The notes: generated by a model from the letters alone, not told the origin. Counted from the first letter of the stretch, positions 44,117-54,213 are shown. The stretch: DNA of 64,000 bases from Thalassobaculaceae bacterium (GCA_965228875.1 OZ245843.1:1160616-1224615), one strand, 5' to 3'. Made by a program: numbers and translations.

Positions 44117-44782
44117 CTACGGTCGACGTCGAACCATCGTGAGGCCGTCGCCGATACCCAGCATGGCCATCGAGACCCGCGCGTCATCGCGGATCTTGGT
44201 GTTCAGCGCCCGGATCGCTTCGGTGCTCTCGGAGCGCTCGGACGGATCGGCGACGGCGCCCGACCACAATACGTTGTCGACCAGGATCAGGCCACCTGGT
44301 CGGACCAGAACCAGCGCCGCCTCGTAGTAGGCGTCGTAGTTCGTTTTGTCCGCGTCGATGAACACGAGATCGACCGTCCCGCTCTCGCCGCCGTCGATCA
44401 TCGCCTGGAGGGTCTCCGTCGCCGGGGCGAGCCGGAGGTCGATCCTGTCGGCGACGCCGGCCTCCTCCCAGAACGGTCGCCCGATGCTGGTGTATTCGTC
44501 GCTGACGTCGCAGCAGATCAGGCGGCCGTCGTCGGGCATGGCCATCGCCATCCGCAGTGCCGAGTAGCCGGTGAAGGTGCCGACCTCGACGGCGCGGCGG
44601 ACGTCGAGAAGCTCGACCAGAAACGCCATGATGTTGCCCTGGTCGGGAGAGATCTGCATGCCGGCGTGAGGCATGCCTGCGGTGCGACCCCGCAGCCGCG
44701 CGGCGATCTCGGGCTCACGTCCCCCGGTGCCGGCGAGGTAGGCATACAGGGCGTCGTCGAAGATGAGGGAGCGGTGCGACAT
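44117..44782 (-). CDS. SAM-dependent O-methyltransferase (caffeoyl-CoA OMT-like)
   Basis: EVGTFTGYS, FIDADK, DNVLWSG, IGDGLT. Confidence 0.93.
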   Translation of the reverse strand: MSHRSLIFDDALYAYLAGTGGREPEIAARLRGRTAGMPHAGMQISPDQGNIMAFLVELLDVRRAVEVGTFTGYSALRMAMAMPDDGRLICCDVSDEYTSIGRPFWEEAGVADRIDLRLAPATETLQAMIDGGESGTVDLVFIDADKTNYDAYYEAALVLVRPGGLILVDNVLWSGAVADPSERSESTEAIRALNTKIRDDARVSMAMLGIGDGLTMVRRRP

Positions 44783-44969
44783 GGTGCTCTCGCGGTCGGG
44801 AACGGGAAGGTGGGACCGGTCGGACAAGACCGGAATCGGCGAGGGCGCATATTCCGGCGGAGGCGGCCCTCGATGCAAGCTCCGGCTCGGTTGCGCGTGA
44901 CCCTGGGGCACAAGCGACTTGCGGCGCCGGGCGGCTGCGGATATCCATCTGCGGAGGATGTCGGGGACT

Positions 44970-45046
44970 CGGGGTGTAGCGCAGCCTGGTAGCGCATCTG
45001 CTTTGGGAGCAGAGGGCCGGCGGTTCGAATCCGTCCACCCCGACCA
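44970..45046 (+). tRNA. tRNA-Pro(TGG)
   Basis: 77-nt cloverleaf, anticodon arm tctgc-tt-TGG-ga-gcaga, TTCGAAT loop, CCA end. Confidence 0.97.
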
Positions 45047-45121
45047 CGACCGCGGCAGTCCGGGGGCACAGCCGGCCGGAGCGCCCGCCGGGGTGCGGCG
45101 ATACGAAGGAGCGGCCTTGCG

Positions 45122-45427
45122 ATGATGGTGCGGATCTACAAGCCGGCGAAAACCGCGATGCAGTCGGGTCGGGCCAAGACCCGGGCCTGGATCCTGGAGT
45201 ATCGCGCGGAGACCAAGCGCATTCCCGAGCCGCTGATGGGATGGGTGTCGGCCGGCGACACCACCAATCAGGTGCGGATCGAGTTCGACAGCAAGGACGA
45301 GGCCATCGCCTTTGCCCGCAAGCACGGTTTCGCGTTCACGGTCCAGGAACCGCACGAGCGCAAGCCGCAACCCAAGGCCTATGCCGATAATTTCGCGTTC
45401 GACCGGCGCAGCAACTGGACCCATTGA
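45122..45427 (+). CDS. ETC complex I accessory subunit (NDUFS4-like)
   Basis: RIYKPAKTAMQSG, EPLMGW, YADNF. Confidence 0.92.
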   Translation: MMVRIYKPAKTAMQSGRAKTRAWILEYRAETKRIPEPLMGWVSAGDTTNQVRIEFDSKDEAIAFARKHGFAFTVQEPHERKPQPKAYADNFAFDRRSNWTH

Positions 45428-45463
45428 TGCCGCCAGCCGCAGCTTCGGGGCGGCGCGTACGGG

Positions 45464-45540
45464 GCGCCCATAGCTCAACTGGATAGAGCATCCGCCTTCT
45501 AAGCGGACGGTTGCAGGTTCGAGTCCTGCTGGGCGCGCCA
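45464..45540 (+). tRNA. tRNA-Arg(TCT)
   Basis: 77-nt cloverleaf, anticodon arm tccgc-ct-TCT-aa-gcgga, TTCGAGT loop, CCA end. Confidence 0.97.
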
Positions 45541-45657
45541 TTTCTTACGACACCAGCTTCCTTGCGCGACACAGTGGGGGACTATCCTCGGTTATCGCAG
45601 GGAACTCCCGTCAGCTTAGGACTGGTGATCCAGCCGCGCCTATTGCATCGTCCCGTC

Positions 45658-48600
45658 ATGAGACTATCGATCCGGATACCGCTGCTGGTAGCCGCCTGCG
45701 TGGTTGCTGCTGCCGCCGCAGCGACGGGCGTGTCCGCCTGGCGCATGAGTGTGGCGTTGCAGTCCGAGGCGGAGAAGCACCTGATAACGCTCCGGGAGTC
45801 GCGATCAGCATCGCTCACGGGGTATGTCGAGTCGCTTCGTGACCGTCTCATCACGATTACGACCGCAACGACAACGCTGAATGCGCTCTCGGAGTTCGAG
45901 TTCGCGGTCGGGGCGATCGACACAGACTTTGCGGCCGCCCAGGAGATCTTGCGAAACAGCTACCGACCGGCCGCGCCGGAGGGAACGCTTCACGGGCTCA
46001 GCTTCGAGGACTCGATCCGGATTGCACCGTATCGCGGAGTTCATGAGCGCTACGATCGGTGGTTCAGGGGGCTGACGGGATCGCTCGGCATTGACGACAT
46101 CATGCTGGTCTCGCGGTCTGGTATGGTCGTCTATTCGACAGACAAGTCACCTCTGTTCGCCTCGAACCTGATGTCGGGGCCATGGCGCGACGGGCCCGCG
46201 GGTCGGCTGCTTCAGCGGTTGGCAAAGGGCGAGGCCCGAGGCGAGTTGATCTTCTCGGACATCTCGCCGCATCCGGCATACGAGTATGAGAGGCGGGCAG
46301 CCGGTGCGTTCGGCGTGTTCCCATCGGATGAGGAGCCTGACTCCGCCTCCCAGATTGAAGGGGCGGTGATCGTCACCCTGTCAGCGGACGCGCTCGTTGA
46401 GATCATGTCTTCCACCGCCGGGATGGGGGCAACCGGAGAGATCCACCTTGTCGGGCCCGACCGTTTGATGCGGGCGGGCTCGCACGTCGCGGTGTCCGGA
46501 GCCGGTGCGCCGACAGTGGACAATGAACCCGTTACCCGGGCCCTGGCGGGCGAGACCGGCGTAGCCTGGTTCAGGGATGAGCGCGGCGAGGAGGTCCTCG
46601 CGGCTTTCGAGCCGATCGAGATTCTGGGGCAACGCTGGGCTCTGCTGACGGAGGCCCATCGTGACGAGATATTCTCTCCGGTTGATGAGGCGGTCGAGGA
46701 GCTCCTGGCAGCCTTTGCGCTTATCCTGCTTGTCTCGACGGCAGTCGCAGCCTGGATCGGTCATTCCATTGCCGCCCCCATTGCGCGCATCGCCGACGAG
46801 ATCGCGAACGCATCCGGATCGGTTAGCAGAGCCACGACCGACGGCCTGAGCCAACTTGCGAGCGGTCGGACGGCGGCGCCCGAAGTCCGCAGCATCGTCA
46901 ACGGTATCAGGTCATTCATCGAGGCGGTCGGGTCGAGCGAACGCCGGCTCAACGCGCTGTTGGAGTCCGCGCCCGACGGAACACTGATCATTGATCGCGA
47001 TGGCAGGATCGTCATCGCGAACAACAAAGCGGAAGAACTCTTCAAAGCAACGCGGGAGCAGCTGATTGGCATGTCGGTCGACATGGTGGTCCCGGAGGAC
47101 AGGCGGCACGAGCACGAAGCGAGGCGCAAGGGCTTCATGCAGACCTCGACAGCTCGGGAGATGGGCGCCAACCTGAATCTGACCGCCCGGCGGTTGGACG
47201 GCTCGCTCTTTCCCGTCGAGATCTCCCTTAGCCCGATTGAAACAGAAGCCGGCAAGGTCGTCTTCGCGTCGGTTCGCGACGTCACGGCACGCGTAGAGGC
47301 ACAACGAGCTCTGAAGGAAAGCCAGCGCGCTTCAAGCCTGCTCCGCGAAGCGCTCGACACGTTCGACGACTCGGTTGTCCTCTATGACAAGGACGAGCGG
47401 GTGATCTTCACCAATGACGCCTACCACCGGATCTATCCATCGGCTCCGCCACGCGACGCAATCGTCGGCCAGACCATGGAGCAACTGCTGAGAAGTTCGG
47501 TCGACGCCGGACAAGTCAGATCGCCGGAGGCGCAGAACGACCCGGAAGGTTGGATCGCGGGCGTTCTGGACGCTCGGCGGCGGGTGGAAGGCGGGACCTC
47601 TGAAACTACCCACGTGAACGGCCGCACTTACCTGGTGCGTTGGAGCCGGACGACCGAAGGCGGCATGCTCGTCGTCCGCTACGACACGACGGAACAGCGG
47701 AAAGCGGAACAGTGGGTCCGCGAACAGCGCGCCCTGCTACGGTCTCTTATCGATACGATCCCCGATCTGATTTTCGTGAAAGGACCCGATGGCCGGTTCA
47801 TAACCGTGAACGCAGGCTTTGGTTCGCTGGTGGGGATTTCGGTTGAGGAGATAGTCGGCAAGACCGACTTCGACGTTGCCCCGCGACAGATCGCGGAGGA
47901 GTTCGCCGCCCAGGATGCGGAGGTCCTGCGAACCCTGGAGCGCCGAACTGTCGAAGGTGAGATCGCTCTCTCCGATGGCAGCGTCGCCGAGTACGAAACG
48001 ACCAAGGTGGCAATGCTCGGGCCTGACGGAGAACCGTCTGGGATCATTGGCATAGCCCGCGATGTTACAGCTAGAAATCAAGCCACCAAACACCTTAGGG
48101 AAAGCGAGGAGCGGATCAAGACCATCCTCGACGCGAGCCCGGCAGGGTGCGGAATTGTCAATCAGAACGGGGGGGTCGAGTTCTGTAACGATCGCGCGTC
48201 GTTGATGCTCGGCTATACCAAGGACGAGCTTCATCGGATGGACGCCGGCCAGCTCTACGCCGACCCGAGTTCCCGGGCGGAACTGCTCGAAGAGGTGCGC
48301 GGCAGCGGCGCTGTCTGGAACCGCGAAGTCACGATGAAGCGCAAGGATGGAACCGCGTTCGAGGCGTTGCTGTCGATGCTGCGCATGAACCTGTCGGAAG
48401 GTCCACGGATCGTGACCTGGATCTACGACATCGCCGACATGAAGAAACTGGAGCGTGATCTCCTGGAGGCGAAGGGGGCGGCGGAGGCGGCGGCGGCGGC
48501 CAAGGCCAACTTCCTTGCGACGATGAGCCACGAAATCCGGACGCCGATGAACGGTATCGTCACCATGGCGGAGATTCTCGACGGCACGCGGTTGAGCGCC

Positions 48601-50508
48601 GACCAACGCGATATGACCAGGACGATCCGCCAATCCTCGGAAGCGCTGCTGACGATCATTAACGACATTCTCGACTTCTCGAAGATCGAGGCGGGAAAGC
48701 TCGCGGTCGAGCATGTTCATTTCGATCTGCTTGAGCAGATCGAAAGCGTCCTCGACCTGATCGCTCCCCGTGCCGAGGCTGCCAGCCTCCTGCTTCTGGC
48801 CAATCTCGAAAGCGCCATACCGGCGACGGTTGCCGGAGACCCCACGCGGATCCGTCAGATCCTGCTCAACCTGCTTGGCAATGCGGTCAAGTTCACGGAG
48901 GTGGGATCCGTAACGCTTCGTGTACGCGGCGTCGCCGCCGAAAACCGCCGTCACACCTTGCGCTTCGAGATCCAGGACACCGGAATCGGCATGAATGAGA
49001 CGCAGGTGGCCGGCCTGTTTGAGGCGTTCTCCCAAGCTGACGGCTCCACGGCGAGACGGTTCGGCGGAACCGGGCTCGGATTGGCGATCTCCAAACAGTT
49101 GGTTGAGATGATGGGAGGGGCGATCGGGGTCGTTTCCGAGCCCGGCGCAGGCTCGACATTCTGGTTCGAGTTGTCTCTCGATGCGGTTGGGAACGCCGTC
49201 GCGGGGCCGGACGATGATCTGTCGTCCGCTCGAGTTCTTCTCGTTGGACACGACCGCCTGGAGGCCGAATCGATCGGCTCGGCACTGCGTCTGGGCGGGA
49301 TCACCCAGGTCGCCTGGGCCGAGGACCCCGGCAACATCCCGACCCCAGCTCAGGACGGCCGGGTCGACCTGCTGGTGCTTGACGGCCGTCCCGGGATCCC
49401 CTCCGTCGTCGAGTGGGGGCGGATCGTGCCGGCCCAGCTCGAGCTGGACGATCCGCATGCGATCGTGACGGCGCCGCACATGGCACTTTCTTCCCTCCAA
49501 TTGACCCAGAGCGTGTTTCCGCACGAGAAGTTGCTCGGGACGATGACTGTGCCGGTTCGATGCCGGAGGCTTTGGGCTTATGTGGCGGTCGCTCTTGGCA
49601 AGCGGCCGCCGGAAAGCCTTGAGGAGGTATCCGATGAATCCAAGGTCTTCGCACCGCCGGACGCGGATATCGCCAGGGCGCACGATGCGATGGTGCTGGT
49701 CGCCGAAGACAACCCCACGAATCAGATGGTAATTGCTCGGGTGCTGAACCGTATGGGCGTCGCCCACGAGATCGCCGACAATGGCGAAGTCGCGCTGACG
49801 ATGCTCGCCGAACGACCATTCAATCTTCTGCTGACGGACTTCCATATGCCGGTCATGGACGGTTTCGACCTCACACGTCGGATACGCGCCCGCGAAATTA
49901 GCGAGGGCGAGGCGCATCTGCCGATCGTGGCTCTGACGGCGGATGTGCTGCCGGAAACGGCGCGGAAATGCGAGGAAGTCGGGATGGACGGTTACCTTCG
50001 CAAACCGATCGAACTCGGCCGCCTCGAAGACGTGCTTCGCACCCATGTCCCGGCCGCCTTCGAACTCCGGCGCGTTGCGCCAAGTCCCGTCGCCTCGGCG
50101 GCCGGACGGAGCGAGGCCACGGTGGAACCGTCCCCGCTGCCCGACGTGCGAAGCCGGATCGCCGGCGTGGATCCTGATGTCTTCGATCCGGACGCCTTGA
50201 ATGACGCGTTCGGAGAGTTCAATGAAGACGCTGCGGCGTTCGTGATGTCGTTTGTCGCCTCGGCAGGGCCGGAGGTCGCTGCGATCAACGTCGCCTTCGA
50301 GGACGGTGACTATGCCGAAGCCCGGCACCGTGCCCATGCAATGAAGGGGGCCGCCCTGTCGACCGGCGCCATCCGCCTGGGGCGGTTGATGAAGGACATT
50401 CAGGACAGCCTCGATGAGGATGACACGGACACCGCCGACATCTATCGGGAAGGGCTGTCTGAAACCTACGACGAACTTGTCTCGGCGCTCGCGCCGCTCG
50501 GAAGCTGA
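45658..50508 (+). CDS. Hybrid histidine kinase: TM-Cache-like-TM, 4 PAS, HisKA, HATPase, degenerate REC, REC, HPt
   Basis: MSHEIRTPMNG, NLLGNAVKFT, DTGIG, GGTGLGL, AEDN..TDFHMP..KP, AHAMKG. Confidence 0.93.
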   Translation: MRLSIRIPLLVAACVVAAAAAATGVSAWRMSVALQSEAEKHLITLRESRSASLTGYVESLRDRLITITTATTTLNALSEFEFAVGAIDTDFAAAQEILRNSYRPAAPEGTLHGLSFEDSIRIAPYRGVHERYDRWFRGLTGSLGIDDIMLVSRSGMVVYSTDKSPLFASNLMSGPWRDGPAGRLLQRLAKGEARGELIFSDISPHPAYEYERRAAGAFGVFPSDEEPDSASQIEGAVIVTLSADALVEIMSSTAGMGATGEIHLVGPDRLMRAGSHVAVSGAGAPTVDNEPVTRALAGETGVAWFRDERGEEVLAAFEPIEILGQRWALLTEAHRDEIFSPVDEAVEELLAAFALILLVSTAVAAWIGHSIAAPIARIADEIANASGSVSRATTDGLSQLASGRTAAPEVRSIVNGIRSFIEAVGSSERRLNALLESAPDGTLIIDRDGRIVIANNKAEELFKATREQLIGMSVDMVVPEDRRHEHEARRKGFMQTSTAREMGANLNLTARRLDGSLFPVEISLSPIETEAGKVVFASVRDVTARVEAQRALKESQRASSLLREALDTFDDSVVLYDKDERVIFTNDAYHRIYPSAPPRDAIVGQTMEQLLRSSVDAGQVRSPEAQNDPEGWIAGVLDARRRVEGGTSETTHVNGRTYLVRWSRTTEGGMLVVRYDTTEQRKAEQWVREQRALLRSLIDTIPDLIFVKGPDGRFITVNAGFGSLVGISVEEIVGKTDFDVAPRQIAEEFAAQDAEVLRTLERRTVEGEIALSDGSVAEYETTKVAMLGPDGEPSGIIGIARDVTARNQATKHLRESEERIKTILDASPAGCGIVNQNGGVEFCNDRASLMLGYTKDELHRMDAGQLYADPSSRAELLEEVRGSGAVWNREVTMKRKDGTAFEALLSMLRMNLSEGPRIVTWIYDIADMKKLERDLLEAKGAAEAAAAAKANFLATMSHEIRTPMNGIVTMAEILDGTRLSADQRDMTRTIRQSSEALLTIINDILDFSKIEAGKLAVEHVHFDLLEQIESVLDLIAPRAEAASLLLLANLESAIPATVAGDPTRIRQILLNLLGNAVKFTEVGSVTLRVRGVAAENRRHTLRFEIQDTGIGMNETQVAGLFEAFSQADGSTARRFGGTGLGLAISKQLVEMMGGAIGVVSEPGAGSTFWFELSLDAVGNAVAGPDDDLSSARVLLVGHDRLEAESIGSALRLGGITQVAWAEDPGNIPTPAQDGRVDLLVLDGRPGIPSVVEWGRIVPAQLELDDPHAIVTAPHMALSSLQLTQSVFPHEKLLGTMTVPVRCRRLWAYVAVALGKRPPESLEEVSDESKVFAPPDADIARAHDAMVLVAEDNPTNQMVIARVLNRMGVAHEIADNGEVALTMLAERPFNLLLTDFHMPVMDGFDLTRRIRAREISEGEAHLPIVALTADVLPETARKCEEVGMDGYLRKPIELGRLEDVLRTHVPAAFELRRVAPSPVASAAGRSEATVEPSPLPDVRSRIAGVDPDVFDPDALNDAFGEFNEDAAAFVMSFVASAGPEVAAINVAFEDGDYAEARHRAHAMKGAALSTGAIRLGRLMKDIQDSLDEDDTDTADIYREGLSETYDELVSALAPLGS

Positions 50509-50524
50509 ACCAGGGGGACCCCTC

Positions 50525-50941
50525 ATGGCCGACCCGAAGGTCACGCTCGACAGGCTCCGCATCCTGCTGGTGGAGGATCAGCCGTACATGCGGCAGATCA
50601 TTCGGCAGACCCTGGAGCGGCTCGGTGTCGAGAACATTTACGAGGCGGAGGACGGCGGCGAGGCGTTGAAGATGACCGTGCGCCTGCGTCCGGACGTCGT
50701 GTTCTGCGATGTCCACATGGAGCCGGTCAACGGGGTCGATTATCTGGCCAAGCTGCGGGCATTCAAGAACGATGAGATTGCGCGAACACCCGTCGTGTTC
50801 CTGACCGCCGACGCGGGCGAGACAACCGTGCTCCAGGGCAAGAAGCATCGGGTGGACGGTTACGTCGTCAAACCGACATCCGCTGCCAAGCTGATCGCCA
50901 ACATCAACCGGCTGCTGGGGCCGGTAATCTCGACTCGCTAA
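50525..50941 (+). CDS. Single-domain response regulator (CheY-like)
   Basis: VEDQ, CDVHM, LTA, VKP. Confidence 0.93.
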   Translation: MADPKVTLDRLRILLVEDQPYMRQIIRQTLERLGVENIYEAEDGGEALKMTVRLRPDVVFCDVHMEPVNGVDYLAKLRAFKNDEIARTPVVFLTADAGETTVLQGKKHRVDGYVVKPTSAAKLIANINRLLGPVISTR

Positions 50942-52398
50942 TCGGACCCGGAATCGGACCCGGCGGCTGTCCGCCTGACGGTCTCTGCGTCACCGGCATC
51001 CCGTATGGCCCGGGTCCAGGTTTCCAGAGTCTTTGGGCCGAGGCCCAGGTGGTCCAGCAGACGAACCATGCTCTCGCACTCTGCCGCCACCTGCCGGCCG
51101 GACGTCAGGGTAGCGAGATGACGCTCCATACCTCCGTACAGTCGCAGCACATTGTCGATCTGTTCCAGCAGTCGGCGCTTGACCGAGCCGACCTTCGAGC
51201 CGGCCATCAGGGTGGTCAGATAGAGAAGCTGCTGTGGACCGGTGTCGAGATCGACGGTGATCGTCTCCATCGCCTCTGCGAACCCTCGGGTTCCGCCGGC
51301 GGTTTCCAGCACCGCGTAGCGGTCGGTCAGACGAGCGGCAAGGCGGGGACCGCCGAGAAACTCCGGATAGATCTGCGTGCATCGGCGCACCAGCCGGAGG
51401 ATTGCCGTTCGCTCCGAAGCGGGCGTGCCGTCACCGAGGGGGGCGTCTCTTCGGAGCGCGTGGTCGAGCGATAGGAGCATCGTGTCGCGGGTTTCTCCCA
51501 GGACTCCGTCCCCGATCAGTCGGGCGAAGCGGGTCAGGTTCGGGTCGTCCGTTTCAACCCGACCCGATGCCAGCGATGCGATCCAATCCAGGCGGCCCAC
51601 CGCAAACGACTGCTTTCCTGCGAGATCTCCCGACACGGTGTGGTCCATCATGTAGTCGCTGAGCCAGCGATCGACGACTGCCAGGCCGGCGGGGTTCTCG
51701 ACTTGGGCCAACAGCGCGATCAAATGCATCATCTTTGCGAAACGCGTTCGGTCACCCGTCAGCGTTGCGGCCATGACGGCGTCGGCCTCGCCGAGGTCGT
51801 CGCCATGCGCTGGTGGCTCGAGCCCGTTCAGAAGCGCGACGGTGTCGCGATCCTTGCCGACCGGCTTGTGATGCCGGCCGATCCGTCGAACGTCGTCGAT
51901 CAGCCGGAGCAGGACATCGACCCGGCACGTCGTGTCCTCGCCCTCCGGCGTCTGCAGGGCGGCGACCCGCCGGACCGCCTTCTCGACGAGCGACCCGCGG
52001 TCGAGCAACTGATCGAACAGGTGCGGGGTCAGAAGGCATTCGAGGACACCGACGTCGTGGGTCTCGATCCATTCGTGAAACAGCAGCTTGATGCAATAGC
52101 GGGCCCGGGGTTTCAGGAGATCGGAGACGTGGTTGCAATCGGGCGCATCATGAATGGCGCCGACCGTCGGTTCCTTCGGCAGGGGAGATCGCGTCTTCTC
52201 GACCAGTATGTCTTCGGTCACCGAACCGCTGACCGCGGAGACTCGGGCACGGACCAGGCGCATGCCGGTGACCTGCGGCCGCCGGAGCAGCTCTTCACCG
52301 TAGCGTCGGGCCTCGCCAGCGCGCGCTCCCATGAACTCGATTGTCCAGACGCCGTCCCTCTCGATGTAGAGGTCGAACGTCTCATCGAACTTCGGCAT
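50938..52398 (-). CDS. Hypothetical soluble protein, 486 aa
   Basis: Long ORF 13 nt after a response regulator; protein-like composition; no motif I can name. Confidence 0.7.
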   Translation of the reverse strand: MPKFDETFDLYIERDGVWTIEFMGARAGEARRYGEELLRRPQVTGMRLVRARVSAVSGSVTEDILVEKTRSPLPKEPTVGAIHDAPDCNHVSDLLKPRARYCIKLLFHEWIETHDVGVLECLLTPHLFDQLLDRGSLVEKAVRRVAALQTPEGEDTTCRVDVLLRLIDDVRRIGRHHKPVGKDRDTVALLNGLEPPAHGDDLGEADAVMAATLTGDRTRFAKMMHLIALLAQVENPAGLAVVDRWLSDYMMDHTVSGDLAGKQSFAVGRLDWIASLASGRVETDDPNLTRFARLIGDGVLGETRDTMLLSLDHALRRDAPLGDGTPASERTAILRLVRRCTQIYPEFLGGPRLAARLTDRYAVLETAGGTRGFAEAMETITVDLDTGPQQLLYLTTLMAGSKVGSVKRRLLEQIDNVLRLYGGMERHLATLTSGRQVAAECESMVRLLDHLGLGPKTLETWTRAIRDAGDAETVRRTAAGSDSGSD

Positions 52399-52411
52399 CT
52401 TGGTTACCGTC

Positions 52412-52810
52412 TCAGATTTCCATCCCGAGTGCCTTGCCGGCCGCGATCCTGACAGCGGTCAACGACGGCGGCTTGATGACATATCCGCTGATGCGAAGCT
52501 GGCGCGAGATTACCAGGGCCTCGTCGCGCTCTTCCGACGTGACGAGGATGACCGGTGTATTTCGGACAGTGGGCGGCCCCTCGAAACGCAACTTGGTCAG
52601 GAACGTCAACCCGTCCTCCGGCCGCATATGAACGTCGCAGAATATCATGGCGGGACGGCGCGAAGTGGTTGCCTCCATCGCCGACAAGCCGTCGCCGGCC
52701 TCGTGAAGATCCGAGAATCCCAGACGCCGCAGCATGCGCTGCAACAGATCACGTGCGATCGACTGATCGTCGACAACGAGGATTGGAATGTTGGAATAGT
52801 CCAGCTTCAT
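52412..52810 (-). CDS. Single-domain response regulator (CheY-like)
   Basis: VDDQ, CDVHM, VTS, IKP. Confidence 0.92.
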   Translation of the reverse strand: MKLDYSNIPILVVDDQSIARDLLQRMLRRLGFSDLHEAGDGLSAMEATTSRRPAMIFCDVHMRPEDGLTFLTKLRFEGPPTVRNTPVILVTSEERDEALVISRQLRISGYVIKPPSLTAVRIAAGKALGMEI

Positions 52811-53054
52811 ACAGGTAGAGATCCTCGAAGGTCTTGTCCGTCATCCGTGCCGCGATGGTACTCCGACGGCTCGCGATCGGACAGGCCACGCGGCGTTTCG
52901 GGCATCGGCTGACTCGGGTGCGGCGGTGTCCGGGGCCTGTCATCGACGGCGACCCTGGCACCCGCCGTCCTGCGTCCGACCCGGGTATCTTCGACAACCG
53001 GTTGTGATCGACTTCGCCCGGTGCTCGACTCTCTCCACTGCGACGAGGGCCGAT

Positions 53055-53197
53055 GTGACACCCGATGCATTCGTCAGTATCGGGGCCGGTGAAATCCGGT
53101 GGATGCGGCGGCAGCCGCCGCCAATGGCTGGCTGTTCGACATCACCGAGGACGAGGCGCTGGAACGGTTGCTGGAGCTGAACGCGAAGCGGTCCGGC
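53055..53197 (+). pseudogene. Probable remnant of an MmeI-like restriction-modification/DNA methyltransferase gene
   Basis: DAAAAAANGWLFDITEDEALERLLELNAKR resembles the family C-terminus; GTG-TPDAFV with RBS in another frame just upstream. Confidence 0.6.
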
Positions 53198-53378
53198 TCA
53201 AACGCCGGTTCACCGCGGTCCGTCGTCACCCCACGAGGGGTTGAATGCCCGCCCGCGAGGGGATACCTGTTCGCCCGGTCGAGGCGGTCCGGGGCCGACC
53301 GTCGACGCGCCCCGGTGGGCGGCGGTGCGGCTTCCGGAGCCTCATTCGGGCCGCGGCATGCGGCAGGAACGGTCGATA

Positions 53379-54188
53379 ATGACAGCGGAACGAAACGCGC
53401 AGCAGAGGGGCGGAGACGGCGTCGCCTCCGTACCGATCGACGAGCGGGCCGTTCACATCGCCTACCGGCTGTTCAATGCGCCACGGGCCGAGTGGCCCTA
53501 TCCGCATGCCTGCTTCGCCGACGCGCTGCCGGAGGACCTTTTCGCTGCCCTGAGAGCGTTGAACCTCGCCGACCTCGACCATGACGTCCGTGCGCCGGTC
53601 ACGGGGGTCGCGGCGGCCGAGGCCCATCGCTTCACCGTGAACGTCACGCCGGAGTCGATTCGGGACGGCGCCCCGCTGCATCCGCTGATCCGATACGTCT
53701 ACGACGTGCTGTCGCATCCGATCTGCGTCCACGCGCTCTCGCGGGTCTTCGCCCGCGAGGTGGCGTCCGCCTTCGGCCGCAGCGACCTGCCGCTGGCGTC
53801 GACGATGCTGATGGTCGAGGACCGCACCGGCTACGCCCTGCTGCCGCATACCGACGTGCCGCACAAGGCGGTGACGCTGCTGATCTACCTGGCGGAGGAG
53901 GGGGACGATCCCGATCTCGGCACCGAAATCTACATTCCGGCTCCCGGTGTGTCGCTGTCTGGCGGGTTCCCGATGCGCGGCCGGTTCCGGCGAAGCCCCT
54001 TTCTGCGGGTGGCGACGGCCGCGTACCGGCCGAACGGCGCGCTGATGTTCCCGCCGTCCGCGCGCTCCTTCCACGGGGTGAAGGAGGTCGTGGGCGAGAA
54101 CCGGGTCCGCCGCCTGCTGCAGTTCCAACTCATGGTCGACGACCCGGCGATCCGGCGGGTCGACGATACGCGCGGCGCGACCGCCTGA
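53379..54188 (+). CDS. 2OG-Fe(II) oxygenase superfamily protein
   Basis: PHTD (HxD), VTLLIYL, GTEIY, SFHGV, RRLLQ. Confidence 0.8.
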   Translation: MTAERNAQQRGGDGVASVPIDERAVHIAYRLFNAPRAEWPYPHACFADALPEDLFAALRALNLADLDHDVRAPVTGVAAAEAHRFTVNVTPESIRDGAPLHPLIRYVYDVLSHPICVHALSRVFAREVASAFGRSDLPLASTMLMVEDRTGYALLPHTDVPHKAVTLLIYLAEEGDDPDLGTEIYIPAPGVSLSGGFPMRGRFRRSPFLRVATAAYRPNGALMFPPSARSFHGVKEVVGENRVRRLLQFQLMVDDPAIRRVDDTRGATA

Positions 54189-54213
54189 CCCGAAACCGCC
54201 TGACCCGGGCCCG

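Larger units (their letters stand above)
45541..53200. mobile_element. Putative decayed genomic islet at tRNA-Arg 3' end
   Basis: Starts right after tRNA CCA; visibly more A/T-ending codons than flanks; probable R-M gene scar at far end; no integrase or attR seen. Confidence 0.45.

Noticed and set aside
44783..45541. Long N-terminal extension of the O-methyltransferase ORF
   Set aside because: Runs antisense through two tRNAs and a CDS; real start is ATG 44782
45511..45657. Kinase ORF start inside tRNA-Arg
   Set aside because: TTG falls within the tRNA; ATG 45658 precedes the first TM helix
45520..54200. attR duplicate of the tRNA-Arg 3' end, or an integrase
   Set aside because: None found by eye, so the islet is not called an active mobile element
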